Source: an uncultured Opitutales bacterium (lineage in GTDB: Bacteria; Verrucomicrobiota; Verrucomicrobiia; Opitutales; Intestinicryptomonadaceae). Taken from it: DNA of 32,000 bases. The translations under genes were made by a program, and so were the position numbers. The DNA is taken from positions 15,720-47,719 of the forward strand of contig CAKUIA010000019.1 of NCBI GenBank assembly GCA_934660865.1, written 5' to 3'. The notes under the pieces are model-generated. The model searched no databases and was not told where the DNA came from. It saw nothing but the letters and a program-made list of their open reading frames with translations. Below are positions 7,917 through 17,162 of this stretch, piece by piece. Position 1 is the stretch's first letter. The number at the start of each line of letters is the position of its first letter.

Positions 7917-10055
7917 CTACTCTTTATGCTCGGCAATAATTTTAAGGAATGTGGGCAAAAATGTTGCCGCCTTTTTTTCGCCTATGCCTTTTATGGACAT
8001 AGCCTCTTGGGCATTTTCGGGCTTTAGGTCGGCAAGCTTTTTTAAAACCGTGTTGGGAAACACCATGTAGGCGGGAACATTTCCCCTTAGGTGGCAAAGC
8101 TGGTTTCGTTTAGATACCAGTTTTTTGTAAAGCTCGGTGTCGTCGGGCATTTCGTCGCTGGCGTAGGTTTTTTCGGCAATCTTTGCCCTGCGCTTTTCGC
8201 CCTTTTCGGGAATTTCGGGAAATTCCATATACGGGCTTTTTGCGTTTAGCATAACCTCTATGCCCTTCGAACTTAGCCCTACAAGCGGGTAGTCGCCGCA
8301 GCTAAGCTCTATTAACGAGGCGTCTATCATGCAATCTATAAGCTTGGCGACAAAGTTTTTGCCGTATTCCTTTAAGATTGCGTAGGTAGAAAGCTCGTTT
8401 AAATGCGCCGAAACTATTTTTTCGTCTTTGCTGCCTACAAGGCATTTTACAAGCCTGTCTTTGCCGAAGCGCGGCTCCCACATATTTCTGCCCGTTTTGT
8501 AAGACATTCTAGCTACGCAGCTTAAAGCTTTTCGCACAATCTCCAGCTTTTCGCCTTCAACCGTTTCGGCCTTGTCGGAAACGCCCGAACGGCATTTGTC
8601 GCACTTGCCGCAGTCTACGGCATATGTTTCGCCGAAATAGTCTAAAATCCATCTTTGGCGGCAGCCCGAAGAATACGCATAGGCCAAAACCGACTTTAAT
8701 TTTCCCAAATCCCTCTGTTTTTTAAGCAAAAGCGCCTGCGCGTCTATAGGCAAATCCCTTTCGCTTAGGCTTAAGTCGCAAATTCTTGTGCATTTTACGC
8801 GCCCCGTTTCGCCGTCGAAACGCTCTATAAGCGAGTATCTGCGCAATATGGACAAGGCCGACGAAACCGCCATTTGGTTCGCCTTTTTTTTGCCCCTTTC
8901 CGACAAAAGGTTTGTCATTTCCTCTATCGAAAGCTGGCAAAAGCCCTCTTTGTCGGACAAGTCGCGCAAAAGGCGGTAGCATTTTTTTATGAAATCCAAA
9001 TCTGGGTTTGCCCCCTCTATAAAAAATTCCTGAACCCTTTTGTCGGCATACATAAAAAGCATTTCGCAATAGGCGTCTTTGCCGTCTCTGCCGGCGCGCC
9101 CCGCCTCCTGATAGTAGCTTTCCATGCTGCCGCACAGTTCGTAGTGGCACACAAACCTTATATCGGGGCGGTCTATGCCCATACCGAACGCGTTTGTGGC
9201 CACGGCCAACCCCACTTTTTTGGACATAAAAAGGTCTTGAGCCTCGTCCCTTTGCTGGGGCGACATCTTGCCGTGGTAGAGTATGTGCGGCACTTTTTCG
9301 GCGGCCAAATCCTCCGAAAGGCTTTCGGCGCTCTTTACCGTGGCGCAATACACAATCCCCGTTTTGTATTTGTCGTAAAGCTCCATAATTCTGTCGAGCT
9401 TTTCGGCTTTTTTCGACACGCTTCGCACGTTAAAGCTTAAGTTGGGCCTTTCAAAACCCGAAACAAAAACCGACGGGTTTCGCATGGCAAGCTGGTCTAC
9501 AATGTCGCGGCGAACGTCTTCGGTGGCGGTTGCCGTAAAGGCCGCAACAACGGGGTTGCCAAGCAGCTTTGCGGCTTTGCCCAAGCGCATGTAGTCGGGT
9601 CTAAAATCGTGCCCCCACTGGCTTATGCAGTGGGCTTCGTCTATTGCAAACAGCGAAACATTTACCCCCCTTATGGCCGACAAAAACGACTGCGCCTTAA
9701 AGCGTTCGGGGGCAATGTATAAAAGCTTTATTTTGCCGCTCTTTAAAGCCGAAATGCTTTCCCTTTGCTCTGCAAGGCTTTGCGCGCTGTTTATGCAGGC
9801 GGCTGCAATGCCCTTTGCGTTAAGGGAGTCTACCTGGTCTTTCATCAGCGCAATCAGCGGCGAAACAACAAAAGTTATCCCGTCGAACATAAGGGCCGGC
9901 AGCTGGTAGCACAAACTTTTGCCGCCCCCCGTGGGCATAACCGCCAAAGTGTCTTTGCCCGACAAAACGCTTTCTATAATGGCGCGTTGCGAGTGCCTAA
10001 AGTCTTGCAAGCCAAAACGCAGGTTAAGGCATTCTTTAAGTTTGTCGGCACACAT
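7917..10055 (-). CDS. recQ: ATP-dependent DNA helicase RecQ (helicase core, RQC with Zn-binding Cys cluster, HRDC)
   Basis: 712-aa ORF with Walker A MPTGGGKS and the DEAH box FAIDEAHCISQWGHDFRPDY. It has the Cys cluster CRQ..x..CGKCDKC and a C-terminal HRDC-like segment (YKKLVSKRNQLCHLRGNVPAYMVFPNTVLKKLA). Confidence 0.95.
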   Translation of the reverse strand: MCADKLKECLNLRFGLQDFRHSQRAIIESVLSGKDTLAVMPTGGGKSLCYQLPALMFDGITFVVSPLIALMKDQVDSLNAKGIAAACINSAQSLAEQRESISALKSGKIKLLYIAPERFKAQSFLSAIRGVNVSLFAIDEAHCISQWGHDFRPDYMRLGKAAKLLGNPVVAAFTATATEDVRRDIVDQLAMRNPSVFVSGFERPNLSFNVRSVSKKAEKLDRIMELYDKYKTGIVYCATVKSAESLSEDLAAEKVPHILYHGKMSPQQRDEAQDLFMSKKVGLAVATNAFGMGIDRPDIRFVCHYELCGSMESYYQEAGRAGRDGKDAYCEMLFMYADKRVQEFFIEGANPDLDFIKKCYRLLRDLSDKEGFCQLSIEEMTNLLSERGKKKANQMAVSSALSILRRYSLIERFDGETGRVKCTRICDLSLSERDLPIDAQALLLKKQRDLGKLKSVLAYAYSSGCRQRWILDYFGETYAVDCGKCDKCRSGVSDKAETVEGEKLEIVRKALSCVARMSYKTGRNMWEPRFGKDRLVKCLVGSKDEKIVSAHLNELSTYAILKEYGKNFVAKLIDCMIDASLIELSCGDYPLVGLSSKGIEVMLNAKSPYMEFPEIPEKGEKRRAKIAEKTYASDEMPDDTELYKKLVSKRNQLCHLRGNVPAYMVFPNTVLKKLADLKPENAQEAMSIKGIGEKKAATFLPTFLKIIAEHKE

Positions 10056-10646
10056 TTAAGAATCGCGCAATGCAACGGGCTTGCCGAGAACTTCGGCGCA
10101 AACCATTGCGTTTTTTAAAAAGGGCTTGTTTTTAAGCAATTCCGACAAATGCGAATTGTTGTCTAAAAGCCCGTTTTCCTCGGGCTTTGCGGCATATTTT
10201 GTGTGCACGTTTTCAAGCCTTAGCTGCGTTTCCCTTAAAACGCGCTCGGCCTCCTGCAAAGACTTGTTGTAGTCGAAATGCTCGAATGCGGGCGCTTCGG
10301 GCGCCTTGTGCGAATAGGCGTCGATATGCTCTTCTTTGGCAACGGGTTTTGCGGCGACTTCGGGCTTGGGTGCATTTTTTCGGCTTTGCAGCTCCTCTTT
10401 TATTTCGTCGTAAAAATCCGAATAGCCTGCTTGTTCTTCGCGCAAAACGCCGCGTTCGCCGCCGTTTTCAGCCTGCGCGTTGCGGCGCTTTAGCTCCTGC
10501 ATGCGCCTTTTTGCCGCTTCAAAGTCTTTGGTGGTGTTTTGCGCCTGCTTTTTGATATTTTTTGCCGCGCCAAACACGCCAAAGAGCACCCATAATACAA
10601 TCATTATTATGGGTATAATCTCGGATATGTCGGATTCAAACCGCAT
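10056..10646 (-). CDS. Hypothetical membrane-anchored, highly charged coiled-coil protein in the third position of the nfeD-floA operon
   Basis: 196-aa ORF with one N-terminal TM segment (IIPIIMIVLWVLFGVFGAA) followed by charged, low-complexity helical sequence. It starts 9 nt after the floA stop, and its TAA stop directly abuts the recQ ATG. No family motif recognised. Confidence 0.6.
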   Translation of the reverse strand: MRFESDISEIIPIIMIVLWVLFGVFGAAKNIKKQAQNTTKDFEAAKRRMQELKRRNAQAENGGERGVLREEQAGYSDFYDEIKEELQSRKNAPKPEVAAKPVAKEEHIDAYSHKAPEAPAFEHFDYNKSLQEAERVLRETQLRLENVHTKYAAKPEENGLLDNNSHLSELLKNKPFLKNAMVCAEVLGKPVALRDS

Positions 10647-10655
10647 TGTTTTGCA

Positions 10656-11672
10656 CTACTTCTTTGCGGGGCTTTTGCCCGAAATCGAATCGCGCATATT
10701 TGTGTCGGACTGAATGTTCTGCAATTTATAGTAGTCCATAAAGCCCATTTTGCCGCTCTTTAAAGATTCGGCCAAAGCCAAAGGCACTTGCGATTCGCTT
10801 TCTACAACTTTCGCTTTCATTTCCTCTACCTTTGCCTTCATTTCCTGCTCCAGGGCAACGGCGGCGGCCCTTCTGATTTCGGCTTGGGCCTGCGCCATAT
10901 TCTTGTTTGCAATGGCCTGGGCTTCCTGCAACTTTGCGCCTATGTTTTCGCCTACGTCCACGTCGGCAATGTCTATCGACAAAATTTCGTACGCCGTGCC
11001 CAAATCCAAGCCGCGGCCCAATACAACTTTGGAGATATGGTCGGGGTGCTCCAAAACAAACTTGTAGGTGTCCGACGAGCCTATTGTGGAAACTATGCCT
11101 TCGCCGACTCGCGCGATAATGGTTTCCTCTTGGGCGCCGCCTATAAACGTTTTAAGGTTTGTCCTTACGGTAACGCGGGCGCGCACTTTAACTTGAATGC
11201 CGTCTTTTGCCACGCCGTCTATGCTGTGCCTGCCCGAATTGGGGTTGGGGCAGTCTATAACCTTCGGGTTAATTGAAGTTCTTACAGCCTCGCCGACGGT
11301 TTTGCCCGTGCCCTTTGTGGCAAGGTCTATCGCCCTTGCCTTTTCCCACGACAGGTCCATACCCGCCTTGTTTGCGGCTACAATAGCCTGAACGGTGGGG
11401 ATTAGGTTGCCCTCGGCCAAATAGTGCTCTTCGAGTTGCGCAATGCTTAAATTCAGTCCCGACTTAACCGCCGTAATGCGCGCGTCTACAATCATTCCGT
11501 AGGGAACGCCCCTAAGTTTCATCGCCAAAAGCGTAAGCATCGAAACGGGAGCGCCCGCCAGCAGCGCCTTAAGCCAAGTGCCGACAAAGGTTACAATTAC
11601 CACCAGCACAACTATTGCGGCCAATAGCGTTGCAACTATTATTATCGTATTTAGTGAGTCTGCCAATAGCAT
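10656..11672 (-). CDS. floA: Flotillin-like protein FloA (SPFH domain, UPF0365/YqfA family)
   Basis: 338-aa ORF with an N-terminal TM segment, then [47 protein letters not shown], which is characteristic of FloA. It has a C-terminal Ala/Glu-rich coiled coil and lies immediately downstream of nfeD. Confidence 0.9.
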   Translation of the reverse strand: MLLADSLNTIIIVATLLAAIVVLVVIVTFVGTWLKALLAGAPVSMLTLLAMKLRGVPYGMIVDARITAVKSGLNLSIAQLEEHYLAEGNLIPTVQAIVAANKAGMDLSWEKARAIDLATKGTGKTVGEAVRTSINPKVIDCPNPNSGRHSIDGVAKDGIQVKVRARVTVRTNLKTFIGGAQEETIIARVGEGIVSTIGSSDTYKFVLEHPDHISKVVLGRGLDLGTAYEILSIDIADVDVGENIGAKLQEAQAIANKNMAQAQAEIRRAAAVALEQEMKAKVEEMKAKVVESESQVPLALAESLKSGKMGFMDYYKLQNIQSDTNMRDSISGKSPAKK

Positions 11673-11679
11673 GATATTT

Positions 11680-12141
11680 TTATTTCTCCGATTTTTTTAC
11701 TGTTAATCTGAAATTGTCGCCGCCCGTAATCACCAGTCGGCTGCCCTTCTCCACAAAGCCCAGCTCGCTTTGGGCTTCGAATGTTTTGCCGTCTACAACA
11801 ATCCTGCCCGTAGGCGACATATCCGTTAGCGCCGTGGCCGTTTTGCCCGCATACGCCAAGGCCGAATTTTCGGGCTCGCTTGTTTTTGTGTCCAGCGAAA
11901 GCGATTTTGTAAGCTTCATTTTCGGCAAAAATTTCAGCCCCATTGCAATCGCAAAAATCGAAACTATAACGCACAGCACGCTTATCAGCAATCCTGCAAC
12001 CAAACCGAAGTCGGAAAACGCCAAAAATATGGCATACGCGTAGCACAAAACCGCCATTATGCTTAAAGTCCCGAAACTCGGCAAAAAAAATTCCAGACAA
12101 AGCAGCACGCTGCCTACAATAAGAAGCAATAATAAGTCCAT
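11680..12141 (-). CDS. NfeD-family membrane protein (partner of the SPFH protein)
   Basis: 153-aa ORF with three or four N-terminal TM segments and a C-terminal OB-fold pattern ([40 protein letters not shown]). It lies 7 nt upstream of floA. Confidence 0.85.
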   Translation of the reverse strand: MDLLLLLIVGSVLLCLEFFLPSFGTLSIMAVLCYAYAIFLAFSDFGLVAGLLISVLCVIVSIFAIAMGLKFLPKMKLTKSLSLDTKTSEPENSALAYAGKTATALTDMSPTGRIVVDGKTFEAQSELGFVEKGSRLVITGGDNFRLTVKKSEK

Positions 12142-12154
12142 ACCCGAAGTAATT

Positions 12155-13987
12155 TTATCTTTCGTAAAATACGTTCATACCGCAGTCTTTGCAAGTAAAT
12201 TCTAGCCGCAGTTTTGCGCTGTCGTTGGCCAAATACAGGGGCTCTAGAAAGGGCGTTTTCGCCTTTTTTTTGCACAGCCCCAGTTCCCTTAAAACACAGT
12301 GCGCCGTGCGCATTACCCTTTTTTTGTCCATATCCATACCGCTTTCGGGGGCGTGCGTTATGTTTTGCACGTTGCAGCGGCGGTAAAACGCGTCGGACAA
12401 CCCGTTAAGCGAGTTTAGCTCGAAGGAGCTGTTTTCGAACAATTTTGCGCCGTCGGGCGAAATCCCGCGCCTGCGTTTTTTTGCAAGGTACTGCGCATTG
12501 TAGGCCTGCAAAATATTGCCCTTTAGCTCGGCAAAAAGCGCCCTTCTTATTTCGTTTATTTGCGAGGCTTTATAGAACGGAATTTTGCCGCCTTCAAAAG
12601 AAAAGTTTTCGACCAAAAACGGATATTCGCCGCCCTTTAAAAACGAAGTTTTCACCCTTTCGCACGCCGCCGAAAAGTTGTCGGCGTTTTCTTCGAAAGC
12701 AAACTGCCGCACCGCCGAAATGCCGTTTTCGCATTCCAGCAAAATCTCGAAAAATTTGCCCGAGCACTTTGCCGACATTTTGCACGACAACATTCTTGCA
12801 AACTCCCTGCAAAAAAGCCTGTCGTTTGCCGCCGAAGAATTGCGCCATATTTGGCTGTTTGCAACAAGCGCGCCTTGCCCCGAGCATTTTGCAATGCCGT
12901 TTTCTACCTTTTCAACCCTAAAGCCGTAGGCTATATTGTCGGGCGAAAGCGCAAAAAAGCCGTCTCCGTTTTCTATTTTTAGCCCGTTTAAATAAAAGGC
13001 GTTTTTGCCGTGCAATTTGGTTATTTTGCCCAAATACTGCCCTCTGGATTTGGGGCTTTGCATGCTTGCAAAATTTTTCGGGGCGTTTTCCAACATTCCG
13101 TAGTCGGTAAAACCGCGGTTAAAAACCTTGTTTACGTCTCCCGAAAAGGGCCTTTTTACAACCCTGCCGAACGACTGCCTTTTTACGCCCTTTTGCCGCG
13201 CAATTTCGCTCAGCAAATCGCTGTAGTAGCTTGTCGTATTTTTCACATAGTCGGCGTCTTTAAGCCTGCCTTCTATCTTAAAAGACGAAACGCCGGCCTC
13301 TATCAACTCGCCCAAAAACACGCTGCGGTTCATGTCTTTTAAAGACAAATAGTAGGCGTCGGCAGCCGCCTTTTTGCCGTTTGCGTCCAGCAAAGAATAC
13401 TTCATTCGGCACGGTTGCGCGCACTGCCCCCTGTTTGCGCTTCGGCCGCCTATGGCCTCGCTTAAATAGCATTTGCCGCTTTTGCATACGCACAAAGCCC
13501 CGTGCACAAAAACCTCTATTTTCGATTCGGGAACAGCCCCGGCAATTTGCCCTATTTTTTTAAGCGAAAGCTCCCTCGCCAAAACTATTGTGTCAAACCC
13601 CGCCTCGTACAAAAACTTCGCCTTTTCGGGGGTGTCTATGTCGCACTGCGTGCTTGCATGCAGGGTAATTTCAGGCAAGTCCATATTCAATATGCCCATA
13701 TCCTGCACTATAATCGCGTCTACCTTGGCGTTGTAAAGGTCGTGTATAAGAGTTTGCGCCGCGTTTAATTCGCCGTCCCTTAAAAGGGTATTTAGCGCAA
13801 CGTAAACCTTTACGCCGAACAAATGCGCATATTCGCAAAGGCTTTTTATGCTGTCGGTGTCGTTTGCGGCGTTCTGCCTTGCCGAAAAGCTGTTTGCCCC
13901 TATGTAGACGGCGTCGGCGCCCGCGTTTATTGCCGAACGCGCCACCTCGCAATTCTTTGCAGGACTTAAAAGCTCTACGACCCTCAT
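12155..13987 (-). CDS. Peptidase U32 family protein (Fe-S type, RlhA/TrhP/UbiU-like) with a long C-terminal extension
   Basis: 610-aa ORF with N-terminal VELLSPAKN..AGADAVYIG and the conserved Cys cluster HGALCVCKSGKCYLSEAIGGRSANRGQCAQPCR. About 300 extra residues end in a CKDC pair. Confidence 0.87.
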   Translation of the reverse strand: MRVVELLSPAKNCEVARSAINAGADAVYIGANSFSARQNAANDTDSIKSLCEYAHLFGVKVYVALNTLLRDGELNAAQTLIHDLYNAKVDAIIVQDMGILNMDLPEITLHASTQCDIDTPEKAKFLYEAGFDTIVLARELSLKKIGQIAGAVPESKIEVFVHGALCVCKSGKCYLSEAIGGRSANRGQCAQPCRMKYSLLDANGKKAAADAYYLSLKDMNRSVFLGELIEAGVSSFKIEGRLKDADYVKNTTSYYSDLLSEIARQKGVKRQSFGRVVKRPFSGDVNKVFNRGFTDYGMLENAPKNFASMQSPKSRGQYLGKITKLHGKNAFYLNGLKIENGDGFFALSPDNIAYGFRVEKVENGIAKCSGQGALVANSQIWRNSSAANDRLFCREFARMLSCKMSAKCSGKFFEILLECENGISAVRQFAFEENADNFSAACERVKTSFLKGGEYPFLVENFSFEGGKIPFYKASQINEIRRALFAELKGNILQAYNAQYLAKKRRRGISPDGAKLFENSSFELNSLNGLSDAFYRRCNVQNITHAPESGMDMDKKRVMRTAHCVLRELGLCKKKAKTPFLEPLYLANDSAKLRLEFTCKDCGMNVFYER

Positions 13988-14132
13988 TGTTTCAAATAAA
14001 ATTCAAGGCAAAATATGCACTTAATCGGGCGCGCAATCAAGTATAATGAAAGGCGCTTTTTGCGTGCGGGCAAAAAAAATGTCTCGCAACAAAAGCCCAA
14101 GGGGCGTTTTATTTTTATCCAAAAAATTTTAT

Positions 14133-14885
14133 ATGGAAATTTTCGGGATTTATCTGACAACTTTTCAGCTTTTTGCGCTTATGTTTAGCTCGCTATTGCT
14201 TGGAATGTCGAAAACGGGCATACAGGGAATAAGCATAATATCCATTCCGCTTATGGCGATGGCATTCGGGGCAAAGGAGTCTACGGGAGTTGTTTTGCCG
14301 ATACTTTGCTTTGCCGACCTAATTGCCGTAGTATACTACAAGCGCGACTGCGTTTTTAAATATGTTGCAAGGCTTTTGCCGTCGGCGGTGGCGGGGTTTT
14401 TCCTTGCAATAGCAGTCGACAAAATGGTGCCCGAAAATATGTTCAAGGTTTTGCTTGCAATTTGCATACTCGGCGGCTTTGCGGTTATGGCGTTCGACAA
14501 AAAGCTTACGAACGAAAACTCGTGCGTAAATTCGTGGTGGTATGCGCCGCTTTTCGGCATATTGGGCGGCTTTTCCACAATGATAGGCAACGCCGCGGGC
14601 CCCGTTATGGCGGTATACCTGCTTAGCATGAGGCTGCCGAAATTCGCCTTTGTGGGCACAAACGCATGGTTCTTTTTATGCGTAAACTACCTAAAGCTGC
14701 CCCTGCAGGGCTTTGTGTGGAAAAACATAACCCTGCAAACCCTTGCAATAGACTGCCTGGGAATACCCGCCATATTTATCGGGGCAATTTTGGGGATTTA
14801 CCTTACAAAGCTTTTGCCCGAAAAGGCGTACCGCAAATTCATAATTGCAATTACAATAGTTTCCACGCTTGCCCTTTTGTTCTAA
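14133..14885 (+). CDS. TauE/SafE (TSUP) family anion exporter
   Basis: Polytopic membrane protein with a duplicated 4-TM pattern and Gly-rich helices (GILGGFSTMIGNAAGPVMAVYLL). The track ORF begins at 14046, but the ATG at 14133 (MEIFGIYLTT...) precedes the first TM segment, and the upstream 29 codons are basic non-membrane sequence. Confidence 0.78.
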   Translation: MEIFGIYLTTFQLFALMFSSLLLGMSKTGIQGISIISIPLMAMAFGAKESTGVVLPILCFADLIAVVYYKRDCVFKYVARLLPSAVAGFFLAIAVDKMVPENMFKVLLAICILGGFAVMAFDKKLTNENSCVNSWWYAPLFGILGGFSTMIGNAAGPVMAVYLLSMRLPKFAFVGTNAWFFLCVNYLKLPLQGFVWKNITLQTLAIDCLGIPAIFIGAILGIYLTKLLPEKAYRKFIIAITIVSTLALLF

Positions 14886-14930
14886 TTTTTTGTTTTACAA
14901 TGTCCGATTAATGCAAATAAAGTGTTTGTT

Positions 14931-15629
14931 ATGAAAGCTTGCGAACTTTTTACATTACCCGAATCGCTTAAGATTTTTTCGGAATTTTTCGACCCAAACG
15001 CGCAGCCGTGGCAATGGCTGCCGAAAATTAAAGACGCGTTAAACGCCATAGACTTTGGCTCTTTAAAAGACGCCAAAGCGCCGTCCGAAATTCCGCAAAA
15101 CCTGCACATAGAGGGCAAAGTTTTCATACACAAAACCGCAAAGCTGCCGCCTTTCGGCACAATAATAGGCCCCGCCTACATAGGGGCAAACACCGAGCTT
15201 AGACCCTCGGTATACATAAGGGGCAACGTTATTGCGGGCGAAAACTGCGTGTTGGGGAACTCCTGCGAATTTAAAAACTGCATTGTTATGGACAATGCGC
15301 AAATACCCCACTTTAACTATGTGGGCGACTCCATTTTGGGCAACTTTTCGCACTTGGGCGCAGGCGTGATTTGCGCCAACTTAAAGCTCGACAAAAGCGG
15401 CGTTTACGCGCACACCGAAAGCGGAAAAGTGCAGACAAACCTGCGCAAATTCGGCGCAATTTTGGCCGACAAAGCCGAATGCGGCTGCAACGCCGTTTTG
15501 CAGCCTGGAACTATTTTGGCGAAAAAGGCCATTGTGCTTTCGGGCATAGCGTTTTCGGGCTATTTGGAGGAGAACACAATGTATTACGAAAAGCCCGCAA
15601 ACCCGCGCAAAGTAAGGAGACTGTGGTAG
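14931..15629 (+). CDS. Left-handed beta-helix (hexapeptide-repeat) acyltransferase, GlmU C-terminal-like
   Basis: It has repeating [LIV]-G-x-x-x-x hexads (IGPAYIGANTELRPSVYIRGNVIAGENCVLGNSCEFKNCIVMDNAQIPHFNYVGDSILGNFSHLGAGVICANLK). I prefer the ATG at 14931 over the GTG at 14922. The stop lies 1 nt before elbB. Confidence 0.7.
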   Translation: MKACELFTLPESLKIFSEFFDPNAQPWQWLPKIKDALNAIDFGSLKDAKAPSEIPQNLHIEGKVFIHKTAKLPPFGTIIGPAYIGANTELRPSVYIRGNVIAGENCVLGNSCEFKNCIVMDNAQIPHFNYVGDSILGNFSHLGAGVICANLKLDKSGVYAHTESGKVQTNLRKFGAILADKAECGCNAVLQPGTILAKKAIVLSGIAFSGYLEENTMYYEKPANPRKVRRLW

Positions 15630-15630
15630 C

Positions 15631-16278
15631 ATGAAAAACGTTGCAATAGTTTTGTCGGGCTGCGGAGTTTTAGACGGCTCGGAAATCCACGAAGCCGTAA
15701 TTACGCTTAACGCGGTGGAAAACTGCGGGGCAAAAGCGCACTTTTTTGCGCCGAATACGGAGCAGTTAGATGTTGTAGACCACCTAACGGGAAAGCCCCT
15801 TTGCCAAAAGCGCAACGTTTTGACCGAAAGCGCAAGAATTGCAAGGGGCGCATGCACCGACCTTTCAAAATATTCGCCCGAAGATTTTAGCGCGCTTATA
15901 TTTATAGGCGGCTTTGGGGCCGCAAAAAACCTGTGCAACTTTGCAATGGAAGGCGAAAACTGCACGGTTAACGGCTGCGTTGCGGCGGCCATCGACAAAA
16001 ATTTAAGCGCAAAAAAGCCCATCGGCTTTTTGTGCATTTCGCCCGTGATTGCGGCCCGCCATATTTCAAACGGCGTAAAGCTTACTGTGGGCAACGACGC
16101 TGCAACGGCAAAAGCCGTAGAGGCAATGGGGGCTACCCACGTAAACTGCGGGGTTTCGTCGTTCGTTTTCGACGGGAAATTCAACGTATATAGCACACCC
16201 GCCTATATGCTGTCGCAAAACACCGTGCAGCTTGCAGCCGGAGTAAACGCAATGGTAAAGGCAATGCTAAGCGCGTAA
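15631..16278 (+). CDS. elbB: Isoprenoid-biosynthesis glyoxalase ElbB (DJ-1/PfpI superfamily)
   Basis: 215-aa ORF. The N-terminal VAIVLSGCGVLDGSEIHEAVITL and the nucleophile context GFLCISP are typical of ElbB. Confidence 0.85.
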   Translation: MKNVAIVLSGCGVLDGSEIHEAVITLNAVENCGAKAHFFAPNTEQLDVVDHLTGKPLCQKRNVLTESARIARGACTDLSKYSPEDFSALIFIGGFGAAKNLCNFAMEGENCTVNGCVAAAIDKNLSAKKPIGFLCISPVIAARHISNGVKLTVGNDAATAKAVEAMGATHVNCGVSSFVFDGKFNVYSTPAYMLSQNTVQLAAGVNAMVKAMLSA

Positions 16279-16294
16279 AAAGCGCAAATATATT

Positions 16295-16332
16295 AAAAAA
16301 GCTTTCCCGAACGGTGCGGGAAAGCTTTTTTT
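16295..16332. terminator. Bidirectional rho-independent terminator between the convergent elbB and tonB
   Basis: A 10-bp perfect stem AGCTTTCCCG / CGGGAAAGCT with a 7-nt loop. It is flanked by A6 on the left and T7 on the right. Confidence 0.85.
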
Positions 16333-16340
16333 GTTGCCGA

Positions 16341-17159
16341 CTAAACCGATTCGAACACCAAATTTATGGTTTGCGGCTGGCCGTTGGGCGGCGGGAAAGG
16401 CAGCCTAAGCCGCTTAAATACGTCTACAACCGAATTGTCGAAAGCGGCCGACCCGCTGGACCTTATAATCCTTACCCCGCTAATTACGCCGGCGGAAGAA
16501 ACCTTAAATGCAATTTTAACGCTAAAGTTCATGCCCGTGCATTCTACGGGCAGTGTCCACTTGCGCTTTGCCTCGGCCTTTATCGATTCTATATACGCCA
16601 TAATCGCGTTTTCGAGCTTTACGCCGTCTATTGTAGCCGTCCCTATATTGGGGCTTTCGCGGTATTTGTCTATGTTAGTTCCGTAGTTTGTAATTTTGGG
16701 AACTTTAATGCCCCTCTTTTTTGCGGGCTTTTTGGGCGCGTCTTTTAGGGGGTTGTTTTTGCGAAAATCCTTTAGGCTTATCTTTTGGGGAGGCTGTTCG
16801 GCCTTCTTTTGCTCGGTTTTTTTCGGCTTTTCGGGCTTGGGTTTTTCGGGCTTTGGCGAAGGCATTGGGTCCGGATCGGGTTTGGGCTCAACCTTAGGCT
16901 CGGGCTCGGGAAGCTTTATAGGCTCTATCTCCTTTACTTTGGGAGTTTCTATTTGCGAGGCTTCGGGTTCGTCCATAGAGGCGTCTTCCAAAGTCTGCAA
17001 TTCGGGGGGAGGCGGCTCTACCATGTCGAACACCAATTTTTCCTGAACTTCCTCTTTAAAAAAGTCTCCGACATACATCGAAAGCACAAAGCAAAACAAT
17101 GCAAACGCGTGCAGCGACAGCGATACGCCAAAGCCCCTGTTGGTGTTGTCGTCCGACAT
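16341..17159 (-). CDS. tonB: Energy transducer TonB
   Basis: 272-aa ORF with an N-terminal TM anchor, a Pro/Glu/Lys-rich spacer (PEPEPKVEPKPDPDPMPSPKPEKPKPEKPKK) and a C-terminal TonB_C-like domain. It lies downstream of exbB-exbD. Confidence 0.87.
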   Translation of the reverse strand: MSDDNTNRGFGVSLSLHAFALFCFVLSMYVGDFFKEEVQEKLVFDMVEPPPPELQTLEDASMDEPEASQIETPKVKEIEPIKLPEPEPKVEPKPDPDPMPSPKPEKPKPEKPKKTEQKKAEQPPQKISLKDFRKNNPLKDAPKKPAKKRGIKVPKITNYGTNIDKYRESPNIGTATIDGVKLENAIMAYIESIKAEAKRKWTLPVECTGMNFSVKIAFKVSSAGVISGVRIIRSSGSAAFDNSVVDVFKRLRLPFPPPNGQPQTINLVFESV

Positions 17160-17162
17160 TTC

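Noticed and set aside
14046-14132. A 29-codon N-terminal extension of the TauE-family ORF
   Set aside because: It is basic, non-membrane sequence in the divergent promoter region. The ATG at 14133 directly precedes the first TM helix. The extension is not excluded experimentally.
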